Below are positions 41,048 through 52,023 of a stretch of DNA of 64,000 nucleotides, piece after piece. The position numbers were made by a program, and so were the translations under genes. The stretch comes from Nostoc sp. DedSLP01. Lineage in GTDB: Bacteria; Cyanobacteriota; Cyanobacteriia; Cyanobacteriales; Nostocaceae. The notes under the pieces are model-generated. The model was not told the origin of the DNA and searched no databases. It saw only the letters and a program-made list of their open reading frames with translations. Position 1 is the first letter of the stretch, and each line of letters starts with the position of its first letter. The DNA lies in the NCBI GenBank assembly GCA_034530875.2, contig JAVRCJ020000001.1, forward strand, positions 256,001 to 320,000, in the 5' to 3' direction.

Positions 41048-42436
41048 TCAAAACTTTGAAAACAGTAGATTTAATCCCTCAGTCATGGTGGGATGGGTCA
41101 AAATGCTATCACGCAAAACAGTGTAAGGCATCTGAGCCTGCATAACCATTTGCACTGTTGAGATCGCTTCACCTGCTTCATGACAGAATAAGGAACATCC
41201 AAGAATATGACCTGTTTCGGTCTCCACGATCGCTTTCATCACTCCATCAGTTTGACCCAATGTTCTGGCTCTGGGAATAGCTGATACATCCAGTTTTGCT
41301 ACTCGAATAGCATAGCCTTGTTGCCTTGCTTCAGTTTCGGTCAAACCTATATGAGCCAGTTCTGGATCGATGAATAGACAAGATGGAATTAATCGACCTC
41401 GCGTGCTGCGGTTACCGCCATCAATCAAATTTGCTTTGACAATGCGGTAGTCGTCGAGTGAAGCATGGGTAAATTGCGCTCCGCCATTAATGTCACCTAA
41501 TGCCCAGATATTCGGTACGTTGGTTTCTAAGCGATCGCTAACTGGAATAAATCCGCGCTCATCGGTTGCTACACCCGCAGCAGCTAAATTGAGAGTATCA
41601 GTAGTAGGCGCACGACCGACAGCAACAAGCAAATGTGAGCTTTGAAGCTTGATTTCCCCATCGGCAACCTGAATTTGCAGTTGAGTTAAATTGTCAACGC
41701 GATCGACTCGCAAAACTTTCGCATTCAGCAGAAATTCAATACCATCCCGTTCTAGGAGAGATTGAACGGCGATCGCCATATCTGGATCTTGTTGCGATAA
41801 AATTTGCTCGCTTTGTCCAATTACGGTGACGCGCGAGCCAAAGCGCCGGAACATCTGGGCAAATTCCAACCCAATGTAACCGCTACCAAGAACAATCAGG
41901 TGTTCAGGCAACTGTTCTAACTCCATGATGGATTCACTGGTGAGAAAACCAGTTTCTTGGAGTCCAGGTATAGCTGGAATGAGCGGTCGCGTACCTGTAT
42001 TAATGAAAAATCTTTCAGCAGCCAGAAAACGAGTAGTACCTTCAGCAGTTGTTACTTCAATAGTTTTGGGAGCTACAAAGTTTGCACTACCAATAATCAA
42101 CTCGTGACCTAAAGCGGTTTCTAAGTTGTGCAAATTCATCTGCCGCATAGATTGCACAACTGAGCGTTTACGCTGAATAACTGCGGCTAAATCAACAATG
42201 GGTGCATTGTTGTTAACTCCATAAGCAGCACTAGTGCGAACTACATTTGCCACCTTGGCACTGGCAACCATCGTTTTAGTGGGAATGCAAGCAACGTTAA
42301 TACAGGTGCCACCAATCATGGTTAAACTGCGTTCTACCAAAGCTGTTTTCCTTCCGGCTGTAACTAATGCGGGTGCTAAGGTTTTGCCAGCTTTGCCGCC
42401 ACCGATAATAATATCGTCGTCGTAATCAGCGTTCAT
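41048..42436 (-). CDS. pyridine nucleotide-disulfide oxidoreductase (RclA/MerA-like, no C-terminal Cys pair)
   Basis: GGGKAG, GGTCINVACIPTK, GSGYIGLEFA, THPTMTE. Confidence 0.9.
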   Translation of the reverse strand: MNADYDDDIIIGGGKAGKTLAPALVTAGRKTALVERSLTMIGGTCINVACIPTKTMVASAKVANVVRTSAAYGVNNNAPIVDLAAVIQRKRSVVQSMRQMNLHNLETALGHELIIGSANFVAPKTIEVTTAEGTTRFLAAERFFINTGTRPLIPAIPGLQETGFLTSESIMELEQLPEHLIVLGSGYIGLEFAQMFRRFGSRVTVIGQSEQILSQQDPDMAIAVQSLLERDGIEFLLNAKVLRVDRVDNLTQLQIQVADGEIKLQSSHLLVAVGRAPTTDTLNLAAAGVATDERGFIPVSDRLETNVPNIWALGDINGGAQFTHASLDDYRIVKANLIDGGNRSTRGRLIPSCLFIDPELAHIGLTETEARQQGYAIRVAKLDVSAIPRARTLGQTDGVMKAIVETETGHILGCSLFCHEAGEAISTVQMVMQAQMPYTVLRDSILTHPTMTEGLNLLFSKF

Positions 42437-42531
42437 TGACCTTTCCTCTTTAGTTTGGCTTTAGGGCTACAGCTTTGTTTGTGGATCAAACGGTATTGGC
42501 AATACACCCAAAATCGATCGATGCTTAATGT

Positions 42532-43533
42532 CTAATGCTTTAAGACAATTCGATAACGAGCTTTTCCTGCTTGTAGATGAGCGATCGCTTCATTTACTTG
42601 GCTAAAATCAAAAGTCTCTGTCACAGGTTCAATGCCATGACGCGCAGCAAAGTCGATCATTTTTGCTATTGTTACTGGGCTACCGGTAGGGCTACCCGAT
42701 AGAGATTTTTGCCCAAAAAGTAAGGGAAACACACTCAGTTGAATTGGATTCGGTACGGCTCCTACAAAATGTAACCGTCCTTTGGGACGCAGTGCATTAA
42801 TGTATGTTGCCCAGTCTAAATCTGCATTTACTGTTGAGAGAATCAAATCAAACGAGTTGGTAACAGACTCAATCGCTTTGGGATCGCGAGAGTTAACAAA
42901 ATGATTAGCTCCTAACTCACGGGCTTCAGATTCTTTATTTGGATTGCTTGAAAATGCCGTGACATCACATCCCCAAGCTTTTAAAAACCGCAGTGCCAGA
43001 TGTCCAAGCCCACCGATACCAATTACACCAACTCTATCGGTTGGCTTGACATCGAATTGAACAATCGGGTTGAACACAGTAACACCTCCACAGAACAGCG
43101 GCCCTACCTTAGCAGGATCGACTGCTTCTGGCAGAGGAATCACCCATTCTTCATGGGCGCGTACCTTGTCAGCGAATCCGCCATATCGACCAACGATCGT
43201 TTGCTCTAGAGTTAGGCATAAGTTGTGATCGCCCGACATACAATATTCGCAGTGCATACAAGAATGGGAAGACCAACCCAATCCAACACGCTGACCGACT
43301 TTGAGAGTGGTCACGCGATCGCCAACTGCTGCGATCGTTCCCACAACTTCATGACCAGGCACAAAGGGATACTCGCTGAAACCCCAGTCATTTTTGAGCA
43401 TACTCAGGTCGCTATGGCACAGTCCGCAATATTCAACATTAATTTCTACTTCTTGGTCTTTCAGCACACCTGGATCGTATTCAAATGGTTCTAGTGCTGC
43501 ACCTACTGTTTTAGCTGCATAAGCGTGAATCAT
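42532..43533 (-). CDS. NADPH-dependent zinc alcohol dehydrogenase / aldehyde reductase (Ahr/CAD-like)
   Basis: CGLCHSD, GHEVVG, CMHCEYC, GIGGLGH, ARYRIVL. Confidence 0.93.
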   Translation of the reverse strand: MIHAYAAKTVGAALEPFEYDPGVLKDQEVEINVEYCGLCHSDLSMLKNDWGFSEYPFVPGHEVVGTIAAVGDRVTTLKVGQRVGLGWSSHSCMHCEYCMSGDHNLCLTLEQTIVGRYGGFADKVRAHEEWVIPLPEAVDPAKVGPLFCGGVTVFNPIVQFDVKPTDRVGVIGIGGLGHLALRFLKAWGCDVTAFSSNPNKESEARELGANHFVNSRDPKAIESVTNSFDLILSTVNADLDWATYINALRPKGRLHFVGAVPNPIQLSVFPLLFGQKSLSGSPTGSPVTIAKMIDFAARHGIEPVTETFDFSQVNEAIAHLQAGKARYRIVLKH

Positions 43534-43556
43534 GTTTAATTTTTCCTGTTTAAATA

Positions 43557-44123
43557 TCAATTGTTGAAAGAACTAATCTGTATCACTGTTAGTCCCGCAA
43601 CCTGTTTTGCTAGTTGAATAGCGATCGACCCAACACCACCTGCACCGCCAATAATGAGAAGGCGTTTGTTGTGGTTAGTCTCTGGTGCTTGAGCAGAGAT
43701 AGCCATCCGGTCAAACAAGGCTTCCCAGGCTGTAATGGTGGTCAGTGGTAGTGCCGCCGCCTGTTCAAATGCAAGGCTCTTAGGCTTACGCCCGACAATT
43801 CTTTCATCGACGGCGTGAAGCTCACTGTTGCTTCCAGGACGGGTGATACTGCCTGCGTAATACACCTCATCTCCTGGTTGAAACAGGGTAACTTTCTCTC
43901 CCACCTGTTCCACTACTCCCGCCGCATCCCATCCTAAAATCTGGGGTGCAGATTGTTCTGCTTTAATTGATGAACGAACTTTGTAATCGGCTGGATTGAC
44001 GGATACTGCTCGCACGCGTACCAGTAAATCTCTTGCTCCTAGAGTGGGCGGTTCAATATCAATTTCCGTAAAGCATTCCGGTGTTTGGGTGGAGCGAGTA
44101 GGATCGACTGCGATCGCTTTCAT
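43557..44123 (-). pseudogene. C-terminally truncated zinc-binding alcohol dehydrogenase family / quinone oxidoreductase
   Basis: SVNPADYK, GWDAAG, PLTTITAWEAL, GGAGGVGS, then a stop at 188 aa; family members are normally well over 300 aa. Confidence 0.85.
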
Positions 44124-44238
44124 GATTTCTCCTGTTAGCTATTTGTAGAACGATCGTTATTCTTGGGTTGTTCCTCGATAAAACTGTCGATACATCAAGA
44201 ACCTCACAAGCGATGCCTGCGGCGGTAAACTACGCATC

Positions 44239-45231
44239 CTATTGCAGATATTTCTTTAATTCTGCTGCTGCTTGGACAAAAAGCGAACGGGTTGCTGGCA
44301 GCTCGGCTAAACCATTCAACAGTCCGAAGTCATGAATCATACCGTTGTAACGCACGGTTGTCACTACTACTCCAGCTTCATCTAGCTTGCGTCCATACGC
44401 CTCGCCTTCATCCCGTAAGATATCACTTTCAGCAACCTGAATTAATGCTGGCGGCAATCCTTTGAGTTGCTCAACTGTTGCCTGTAAGGGAGAAGCATAG
44501 ATATCTTTGCGTTTTTCTGGGTCGGCGATGTACAGGTCATACATCCATTTCATCAGTGGTGTGGTCAGAAAACGCTTCTCGCCAAATTGATGGTAGGATT
44601 CTGTTTCAAAATTCGCATCTACAATGGGCCACATCAGGATTTGCAGCTTGATGTGCGGGCCTCCTTTCGCTTTCGCCATCAACGTGGTGACGGCTGTCAT
44701 ATTTCCACCAACACTATTACCGACAACTGCCAGATTTTTGCCATCAACACCAATTTCCTCTCCATGCTCGGCAACCCATTTGGTCGCGGCGTAGATTTCA
44801 TCGACCGCTTGAGGATACTGAGCATCTGGTGTGCGAGTGTAGTTGACAAAGACAGCCACAAACCCTGAAAGCACCACCAAATCGCGAACCATACGTTTAT
44901 GCGTTGGGTAATCGCCCAGCACCCAACCGCCGCCATGAATAAAGATGAAAACAGGTAGTATATCTTTGACCCCTTCCGGTCGCACAATATTGAGCGTAAT
45001 CGTATAACCGTCAGCGGTAATTGTCTTCTCAGATTCTTCAATGCCTGAAAGGTCTACCAGAACAGAACCTTGAGCATCCACGAGGACTTGACGCGCTTCT
45101 AGTGGAGGTAATGTTTCCAAAGGCACGCCACCTGAATTTAGCACGTTCAAAAATGCCTTTGTTTCCCTGGAAAGACGCGGATCGTCTGCAACTTCCAAAA
45201 TTGTTGTTTGTGAGTTTACTTGATTAATCAT
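44239..45231 (-). CDS. alpha/beta hydrolase (HSL-family esterase)
   Basis: HGGGW, GNSVG, DILRDEG, HDF. Confidence 0.95.
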   Translation of the reverse strand: MINQVNSQTTILEVADDPRLSRETKAFLNVLNSGGVPLETLPPLEARQVLVDAQGSVLVDLSGIEESEKTITADGYTITLNIVRPEGVKDILPVFIFIHGGGWVLGDYPTHKRMVRDLVVLSGFVAVFVNYTRTPDAQYPQAVDEIYAATKWVAEHGEEIGVDGKNLAVVGNSVGGNMTAVTTLMAKAKGGPHIKLQILMWPIVDANFETESYHQFGEKRFLTTPLMKWMYDLYIADPEKRKDIYASPLQATVEQLKGLPPALIQVAESDILRDEGEAYGRKLDEAGVVVTTVRYNGMIHDFGLLNGLAELPATRSLFVQAAAELKKYLQ

Positions 45232-45309
45232 GACATTCTCCTTTTGTCAATGAATTATTAACAATCTTTTGAAACGGCACTAAGTGTTTAGTAAAGGTGT
45301 TTGTTTAAA

Positions 45310-45801
45310 CTAAGCAGCAGGTGGAGGAATAATTTCAATTCCGTATTTGGGTGCAGTAATAAGAATTTTTTCTAAATCGGCAGCACTTAATGATGGTGCA
45401 GGGGATACCTGAGTATTTGTTGCTTTACCAACTTCGGCAATAAATTTTTCAAATCCTGCTGGTGTTACCCAAACTAGCAATTTTGCAGGAGTAGAACCAG
45501 TGTTGGTAAATCGATGTAACTGACCTTTAGGCGAGTGCAAAAATGTTCCAGCCGTGGCAACAACTATCTGTTCATCAAGCTGAAATTCTAGCTCTCCCTC
45601 TTGAATGTAAAACGATTCATTTTCTCGACTGTGTTTATGAGGAGGCGTACCACCGCCTTGAGGTGCAACCACTACCTCGCATAGTGCATAGGCTTCGCCT
45701 GTATCTTCACCCACTGCCTTAAATGTGTATAAATCGCGGTCAAACCAGTAAGAACTGCCTTGACCTGGTTGTTGTATCAATCCTTGAGAATCTATCGTCA
45801 T
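45310..45801 (-). CDS. cupin domain protein (quercetin 2,3-dioxygenase-like)
   Basis: PPHKHSRENESFY...G and PKGQLHRF cupin motifs. Confidence 0.9.
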   Translation of the reverse strand: MTIDSQGLIQQPGQGSSYWFDRDLYTFKAVGEDTGEAYALCEVVVAPQGGGTPPHKHSRENESFYIQEGELEFQLDEQIVVATAGTFLHSPKGQLHRFTNTGSTPAKLLVWVTPAGFEKFIAEVGKATNTQVSPAPSLSAADLEKILITAPKYGIEIIPPPAA

Positions 45802-46017
45802 GGGAACTCTCTTTTTAGTTAACATCAATTGAAAACTCAGCAGATATTCCTGGTGTGATGCAGTTTTTGTTATTAACTATACTTGAGATCGTTTTTGAGT
45901 AATTATGATAATTTTTATGAATATAACGAGCTAATTGGTTTTTAACAGGTTTAATTAATGCCGATCTGTGCTGCCGTCAATTGGGCTTTGTTGCAGCGAT
46001 CGCTATAACGAATCCCA

Positions 46018-46479
46018 TTAATAAACAAAGCTGGGGCAGCTATTACTCCACTCTGGGTTCCACTGGCGATGTCTGCATTGATGCGCTCTATATGTACTCC
46101 TCTGGATAAATCTTGCAAAACCCAATATATTAGCGATATTGATGGCTAATGGTAGGAAGCTGGATAAGAGCGTGGGAAATAAATTCGGTTGTTGCATCCA
46201 TCTATGGATAGATTCGCCACCAAAATCTTCCAAAAAAATCACAAGTGTACGCTGATAAGCTTGCTGAGCGTATGCCTGGATTACTCCTTCCAGGTCAAGG
46301 GAACGGGTAATTTGATATTCTTGCCTGTAGCGAATAATTTCTTGGGGTGAGGGATAATCTTGCTTCAGCAGTTTGAGGGCGATCGCTCGACCGTCTCGTA
46401 TTCTAATGCCCCGGTATACCTGCGACGTAGCACTTTCAGAAATTTGGGTCTGGATAGAAACCTCTGGCAGCACAATCAT
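46018..46479 (-). pseudogene. N-terminal fragment of a Ser/Thr kinase (kinase-AAA ATPase type)
   Basis: VYRGIR...ALKLLKQDYPS...YRQEY...LEDFGGES; ends before the HxD catalytic loop. Confidence 0.85.
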
Positions 46480-46779
46480 CAACAGTCTTCCAAAAGAGGA
46501 AAACAATGCCCCATACACAAATTCAGAGATCGGCTTAACGTCTGTATAGAGACGTAGAATCCCTGTTCATCCACAGCATTCTAGCAGAAACAGTAGGTTT
46601 ACCCAAATCATCGCTTAATGTGAGAGATCGCATTGCTCCAGGTTCACTCAATTTGGCATTTGAGCAATTTAACTGAAAAGACGGATAGTGCTGTCAATCG
46701 TATCCCTGAGTTCAAGATTCGCAAGCAGGGTGGTTTCATACAAAGAAAGAAAAAACTTTAAATTAATTAAAAGTTGTTA

Positions 46780-46793
46780 GTATATAAATATAC
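46780..46793. promoter_or_regulatory. possible NtcA box GTA-N8-TAC
   Basis: GTATATAAATATAC about 140 bp upstream of the kinase; no canonical -10 at 22 nt. Confidence 0.3.
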
Positions 46794-46932
46794 AAATACT
46801 TTTCCTCTATTTAATTGGCATTCCTGATGAGAGGCACACCCTACCTTTAAGGTTTGGTAAGATATCCGAAAATAAGAGTACGCACGTTGTAGTCATTAAA
46901 TAAAATCTTAATAGAATTTACCCTTGGGCATC

Positions 46933-48627
46933 ATGCAGGTCTATTGCAGCAAACAACACACAAACGATAATGGCAACCGCTTTTGTACCCTTTGCGGCGA
47001 ACCATTACCTCTTGCTGTGGGACAGGTTATAAATAATCGCTATCAAATCATACGTCAACTAGGACAGGGCGGCTTTGGACGCACCTATTTGGCGGAGGAT
47101 AAGAAATCCCATCAAACCTGCGTGTTGAAAGAATTTGCACCCCAAGTACAAGAAAAACAAGATTTACAAAAAGCTAGAGAGTTATTTGAGCGAGAAGCCA
47201 ATGTCCTCAAAAAACTCCACCATTCCCAAATTCCGCGTTTTCACAGTTCGCTACAAGTGAAAATAGGCACGAAAGATTTTTTCTTTTTAGTCCAAGATTA
47301 TGTAGATGGCGAGAATTTTGACCAATTATTAGAACAGCGTCGCAGTCAGGGAAAAACCTTTACTGAAGAGGAAGTAATTACCCTACTGCAACAGATTTTA
47401 CCTGTAGTATCGTACATTCACTCGCGGGATGTAGTTCACCGCGATATCTCTCCTGATAATTTAATTTGGCGGCGTTCTGATAATCTCCCAGTTTTGATTG
47501 ATTTTGGTGGCGTTAAACAATTGCCGGCTTCTCAAGGTTTTTGGCGGACTCAGTTAGTTGAGAATAATACTTTACTCGGTAAAAAAGGTTATGCTCCAGA
47601 GGAACAATTGCGGCAAGGTCAAGTATTTTTTAGTAGTGATTTATACTCTTTGGCTGTAACCGTATTGGTATTGCTGACGGGGCAAGAACCGCAAAAATTA
47701 TACGACAGCTATCAAGGACTTTGGTATTGGGGCAAGCAAATTCAGGTGAGTCCTAAACTTGAGTCTGTGTTAAAAAAGATGCTGGCTTATAAACCGAGCG
47801 ATCGCTACCAACGAGCCGAGCAGATCCTCAAAGATTTACCATCGCCAAATGCAACCAAACCCGCGCCTAATTATGTTACCAAGATTAAGACGATGGTAGT
47901 TGCTCCCGGAAAACAACGCGCCAGTGCTATTATCAGTAAATTCCAAAATAGAACCCAAGCCATTGCTAAACCCGCATCTTTCCCCGTTTGGATTCGTCCT
48001 TTTGTGATGAGCCTTGGCGGTACAGCTTTAGTTGTTTTAACTGGCGCAGGTGCTTGGGCAGTAGTAAATGCAGTCATTCGCAGCGTATCATCAATTACGA
48101 TTCCATCTATTTCCTTACCGCAAATTCCCCAGTTTCCCAATCCTAGCAATCAACCAGTCAGCAAGGGAGGTACAAATCGCAACCTCCAAGAAATTATCAA
48201 TCGCCGCCAACAGTTACAAATTCCCGAAGTATTTTTTACCCGGTTTGTAGACGAGTTATTTTATACAAAAAATTCCCAATTAAAGGGACGTAGCTTGACA
48301 TCAAAACCCGAAGATGCACGTTTACGAGATGAGTGGTACGGTATCGCTGACGATTTGTTGAAGAAATTAGAACAAGCTAACATCAGTACAGCAGCGCGTC
48401 GCAAACTCGGAAGTTACACTGCACAAGATTACGAAAGATGGAGACGACAAACGCAAGCCGGAGAATTCGGAGACTATACAATCGATCGCTTGAACAAAGA
48501 AACAAATGAAAAATTCGATCGCTTGTTTCCCGGCCAAGACCGTGCGAAACTCGATCAACAAACTTTCGGTCAAATTTGGTATGCGATCGCTGCCGATCGA
48601 ATAGATAAAGTAAAATCTGGCAAGTAA
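46933..48627 (+). CDS. membrane Ser/Thr protein kinase with N-terminal zinc ribbon
   Basis: C..H...FCTLCG, LGQGGFG, HRDISPDN, DFG, YAPEE, transmembrane helix. Confidence 0.95.
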   Translation: MQVYCSKQHTNDNGNRFCTLCGEPLPLAVGQVINNRYQIIRQLGQGGFGRTYLAEDKKSHQTCVLKEFAPQVQEKQDLQKARELFEREANVLKKLHHSQIPRFHSSLQVKIGTKDFFFLVQDYVDGENFDQLLEQRRSQGKTFTEEEVITLLQQILPVVSYIHSRDVVHRDISPDNLIWRRSDNLPVLIDFGGVKQLPASQGFWRTQLVENNTLLGKKGYAPEEQLRQGQVFFSSDLYSLAVTVLVLLTGQEPQKLYDSYQGLWYWGKQIQVSPKLESVLKKMLAYKPSDRYQRAEQILKDLPSPNATKPAPNYVTKIKTMVVAPGKQRASAIISKFQNRTQAIAKPASFPVWIRPFVMSLGGTALVVLTGAGAWAVVNAVIRSVSSITIPSISLPQIPQFPNPSNQPVSKGGTNRNLQEIINRRQQLQIPEVFFTRFVDELFYTKNSQLKGRSLTSKPEDARLRDEWYGIADDLLKKLEQANISTAARRKLGSYTAQDYERWRRQTQAGEFGDYTIDRLNKETNEKFDRLFPGQDRAKLDQQTFGQIWYAIAADRIDKVKSGK

Positions 48628-48748
48628 TGGGAGATGGGGAAGTGTGGGGAGTGTGGGGAGTGTGGGGGGAAAGAGAATTTATGCCTCCCTATCTTCCCAC
48701 ACCTCCCACACCTCCCACACCTTCCCATCCCCAATGCCCTATATCTAA

Positions 48749-50914
48749 ATGACTAAACTATATTGTTCTCAGGGACATGAAAATTCCCCAGGTAGTCGCT
48801 TTTGTCTCCAGTGTGGTGAGAAGTTGGATACGCCCATGAATTATGGTATACAAGCAGGAGTAACTTTAGGCGATCGCTATGCGATCCTGCGTCAACTCGG
48901 TCAAGGTGGCTTTGGACGCACTTATTTAGCTGAAGATATTAACCGTTTCCGCGAACTTTGTGTTTTAAAGGAATTTTCTCCCCAAGTTCAAACCGCTTAC
49001 GTTGTCGAAAAAGCTCAAGAACTTTTTGAAAGAGAAGCGAGTGTTCTCTATCAACTACAACATCCCCAAATTCCCCGCTTCCGCGAACTGCTTCGCATTA
49101 ACTTACAGGGCAGAGAATATCTGTTTTTAGTGCAAGATTATGTAGAAGGCGAAACTTATAACTCTTTGCTAAATGACAGGAAAAGGCAAGGTTTGCGCTT
49201 TACAGAAGCTGAAGTGCGCCAATTATTGCAGCAAATTTTGCCAGTGTTGGAGTACATCCACTCACTAGGCGTAATTCATCGAGATATTTCTCCAGATAAC
49301 TTAATACACCGTAAGGTTGACCAACTACCAGTATTAATTGATTTTGGTGGTGTCAAACAAGTAGTAGCAACAGTAGCTTCCCAATATTATCAACCCGGTG
49401 CTATTGGATCTTCGCCATCACCAACCCTATTGGGTAAAATCGGATTCGCTCCCCCAGAACAGATGCAAACTGGCTTGGTATCTCCCCACAGCGATTTGTA
49501 TGCTTTGGCAGCGACAATGTTGGTTTTACTGACAGGCAAGCTACCCCAAGAATTAATTGATACTTATAATCTCACCTGGCAATGGCGGCGAGAAATCAGC
49601 CTGAGTCCGCTTTTAGGACAAGTATTAGATAAAATGCTATCTGCCAGACCAGGCGATCGCTATCAATCAGCCCGTCAAGTCCTCCAAGCCCTCAGTTCTC
49701 CTCCAGTCAGCTATCCGGCTACTCAATATCCCACTCCCACCCCACCAGAACCCACATCCGCCACCATCGCCGTCTCCCCTCCACCCCCCTCATCTCCCCA
49801 TCTCCCCATCTCCCCATCTCCTTCATCTCCTCAATGGACGCCAACCAAAACCTTATTAGCGGCACTGGCAGCAATTGGTACAGCTGGATTAATTTTCTGG
49901 GCAGTCAATAGCAACCGCAAGCCAGAGGGAGTTGAACCGAACCCTACACCCAGCCCAACCGCAACCAGCAGCCAGCCAGTCGATCCCTTAGCCCAATACT
50001 CCCCAGAAGAACGCCAGCGCAAACAAAGATTAAGCGATCGCCGCCAACAGTTGGGTATTGACGAGGGGTTCTATGTAAACTTGGTAAATCAATTTTTTTG
50101 GGACAAAAATCCCAGTTTACGGGGACGTACTCTCAGCAACGGTGTGGAAGATGAGAGTTTGCGGGCACAATGGGATGGAACAGCTTCAGAATTGCTAGAA
50201 AAGCTGGCAACACTGAGTTCAGCTTCCCGCCGACAATTGGGAACTTATACGAGCGCCGAACGCGATCGCTGGAAAGTGGAAGTCAACCGTGTTAATGTTG
50301 GTAGCCGTTCTTTGTACGATTTGGGAGATGCAGCTTTCTTCAGAGTATTCCCAGAGCAACGTGGTAAAAAGTTTGACAAACAACCCATTGCACAAGTTTG
50401 GTATGGATTTGTGAGTGATAAACTCAGTGCCATCCAAGCAGGTAGCGCCTTTGAGAAACTTACCTTCGACCCCGGTGCGACTAGTAAAACAGCCAGCGGT
50501 AGCTTAGAACCTGGCGATGGTAAAGTTTTGATTGCGGAACTTGCCAAAGAACAATCTATGGAATTGAACCTCAAAGCAAATTCCCAAGTTTTGTTATCAG
50601 TTTATTCACCCTCTGGCAAAATCAAATTTTTAGAAGATTCTACCCAGCGGACTTTAGCAAAAAAATTACCAGAAAACGGTTTTTACGAATTTGTTGTCGT
50701 TTCCACAGCATCGAAACCAGTAGATTATCAACTCAGCATCACAGCCGAAACTCCCGCCGTATCCCCAACTCCGACACCGACACCTACAGAAACAGAAACA
50801 CCAACTCCGACACCGACGCCTACAGAAACAGAAACACCAACTCCGACACCAACGCCTACAGAAACTTCTACACCAGAACCTACACCGACGCCTACAGCTG
50901 AGGCTACGCCATAA
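48749..50914 (+). CDS. membrane Ser/Thr protein kinase with zinc ribbon, extracellular domain and PT-repeat tail
   Basis: CSQGH...FCLQCG, LGQGGFG, HRDISPDN, DFG, FAPPE, transmembrane helix, PTPTPTETET repeats. Confidence 0.95.
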   Translation: MTKLYCSQGHENSPGSRFCLQCGEKLDTPMNYGIQAGVTLGDRYAILRQLGQGGFGRTYLAEDINRFRELCVLKEFSPQVQTAYVVEKAQELFEREASVLYQLQHPQIPRFRELLRINLQGREYLFLVQDYVEGETYNSLLNDRKRQGLRFTEAEVRQLLQQILPVLEYIHSLGVIHRDISPDNLIHRKVDQLPVLIDFGGVKQVVATVASQYYQPGAIGSSPSPTLLGKIGFAPPEQMQTGLVSPHSDLYALAATMLVLLTGKLPQELIDTYNLTWQWRREISLSPLLGQVLDKMLSARPGDRYQSARQVLQALSSPPVSYPATQYPTPTPPEPTSATIAVSPPPPSSPHLPISPSPSSPQWTPTKTLLAALAAIGTAGLIFWAVNSNRKPEGVEPNPTPSPTATSSQPVDPLAQYSPEERQRKQRLSDRRQQLGIDEGFYVNLVNQFFWDKNPSLRGRTLSNGVEDESLRAQWDGTASELLEKLATLSSASRRQLGTYTSAERDRWKVEVNRVNVGSRSLYDLGDAAFFRVFPEQRGKKFDKQPIAQVWYGFVSDKLSAIQAGSAFEKLTFDPGATSKTASGSLEPGDGKVLIAELAKEQSMELNLKANSQVLLSVYSPSGKIKFLEDSTQRTLAKKLPENGFYEFVVVSTASKPVDYQLSITAETPAVSPTPTPTPTETETPTPTPTPTETETPTPTPTPTETSTPEPTPTPTAEATP

Positions 50915-50944
50915 AATAATTAAGATCTGAGATGAAAAAGGGTT

Positions 50945-51033
50945 ATACCAATTCAAAATTCAAAATTCAAAAATCCATATTTGATAAGGGTTTCTGGATT
51001 TGGATCTGTTTCAAAATTTTAGTGAATTGGTAT
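50945..51033. mobile_element. MITE-like element
   Basis: Terminal inverted repeats ATACCAATTCA / TGAATTGGTAT with internal TTCAAAA heptamers. Confidence 0.55.
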
Positions 51034-51176
51034 TAGGCGATCGGTAATTCCTGAGAGTTCTTCCTGGATTGCGATTAGTTGTTGAGTATCATCGTCCATA
51101 CTGACCTACCACAACGACAATTGCCCTGGCGAGACCCACGACGCTCATCTGAACGTGATGGCTTGCGATCCTCAAT

Positions 51177-51596
51177 CTAATTTGAATCAATAACTTGCTT
51201 TCTGGTAGACTTAATCTGTCCTCGCTTAGTTTTACTGTCAAGGCGTCTCTTTTGAGAGTTGCGAGTTGGTTTGGTAGGTTTGCGTTTTCTCTTCAGTACG
51301 ACTGCGCTTTTAATAAGTTCTTGCAATCGTTGCAAAGCCTCCTCTCGGTTTTGCTCTTGAGTGCGGTGTTCTTGAGCCTTGATGACAATGACTCCCTCCT
51401 GGGTAATGCGTCGGTCGTTGAGCTTCAAAAGCTGTTCTTTATAGAAAGCGGGTAGTGATGAACCCTCAATGTCAAAGCGCAAATGAATGGCTGTAGCAAC
51501 TTTATTGACGTTTTGACCCCCTGCGCCTTGGGAGCGAATCGCGCTAATTTCGAGTTCGCTATCGGGGATGATGATTTTGTGAGAAATTTGCAGCAT
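51177..51596 (-). CDS. arfB: alternative ribosome rescue peptidyl-tRNA hydrolase
   Basis: GAGGQNVNKV, RTQEQNREEA, basic tail RKPTKPT...RRL..K. Confidence 0.96.
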   Translation of the reverse strand: MLQISHKIIIPDSELEISAIRSQGAGGQNVNKVATAIHLRFDIEGSSLPAFYKEQLLKLNDRRITQEGVIVIKAQEHRTQEQNREEALQRLQELIKSAVVLKRKRKPTKPTRNSQKRRLDSKTKRGQIKSTRKQVIDSN

Positions 51597-51830
51597 AACT
51601 TACTTATAGCGTTATTTGCTACGCGATCGCACCAACATATTGTTAGTCCCTTGTGTGTTGAGTAACGACAAGATTATCCAAATTGGCTAACAAAAATTCC
51701 AAATCCTTGTTTGTTTCTTGCAACAATTCGGTAAGTGGTTTTTCACCAACTTTTATGTCTTCTAATTGAAACATTTGTTGGTTAAGTAGATAAAACACTT
51801 CGTATTAATAATCAAATATACAAACAGGTC

Positions 51831-51953
51831 TATAGGAATCATATTTGATTTGGTGAAAAAACTCCCTACAGATCGAAAAGCTAGATTCCCTACTCCCCAT
51901 TCCCTACTCCCTACCTACGCAAAAAATTTCAAGAATCAAACCGGATTCCTATA
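51831..51953. mobile_element. MITE-like element
   Basis: Terminal inverted repeats TATAGGAATCATATTTGATT / AATCAAACCGGATTCCTATA; internal CCCTACT heptamers. Confidence 0.65.
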
Positions 51954-52023
51954 TTATTTCTAACGGTACAAGACAAATAACTAAAAATGGTGCAATTTAA
52001 AAATAGTGTAAATATCAAAAACT

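Noticed and set aside
41048..42436. Call as mercuric reductase merA
   Set aside because: No N-terminal metal-binding domain, no C-terminal Cys-Cys pair and no mer operon genes.
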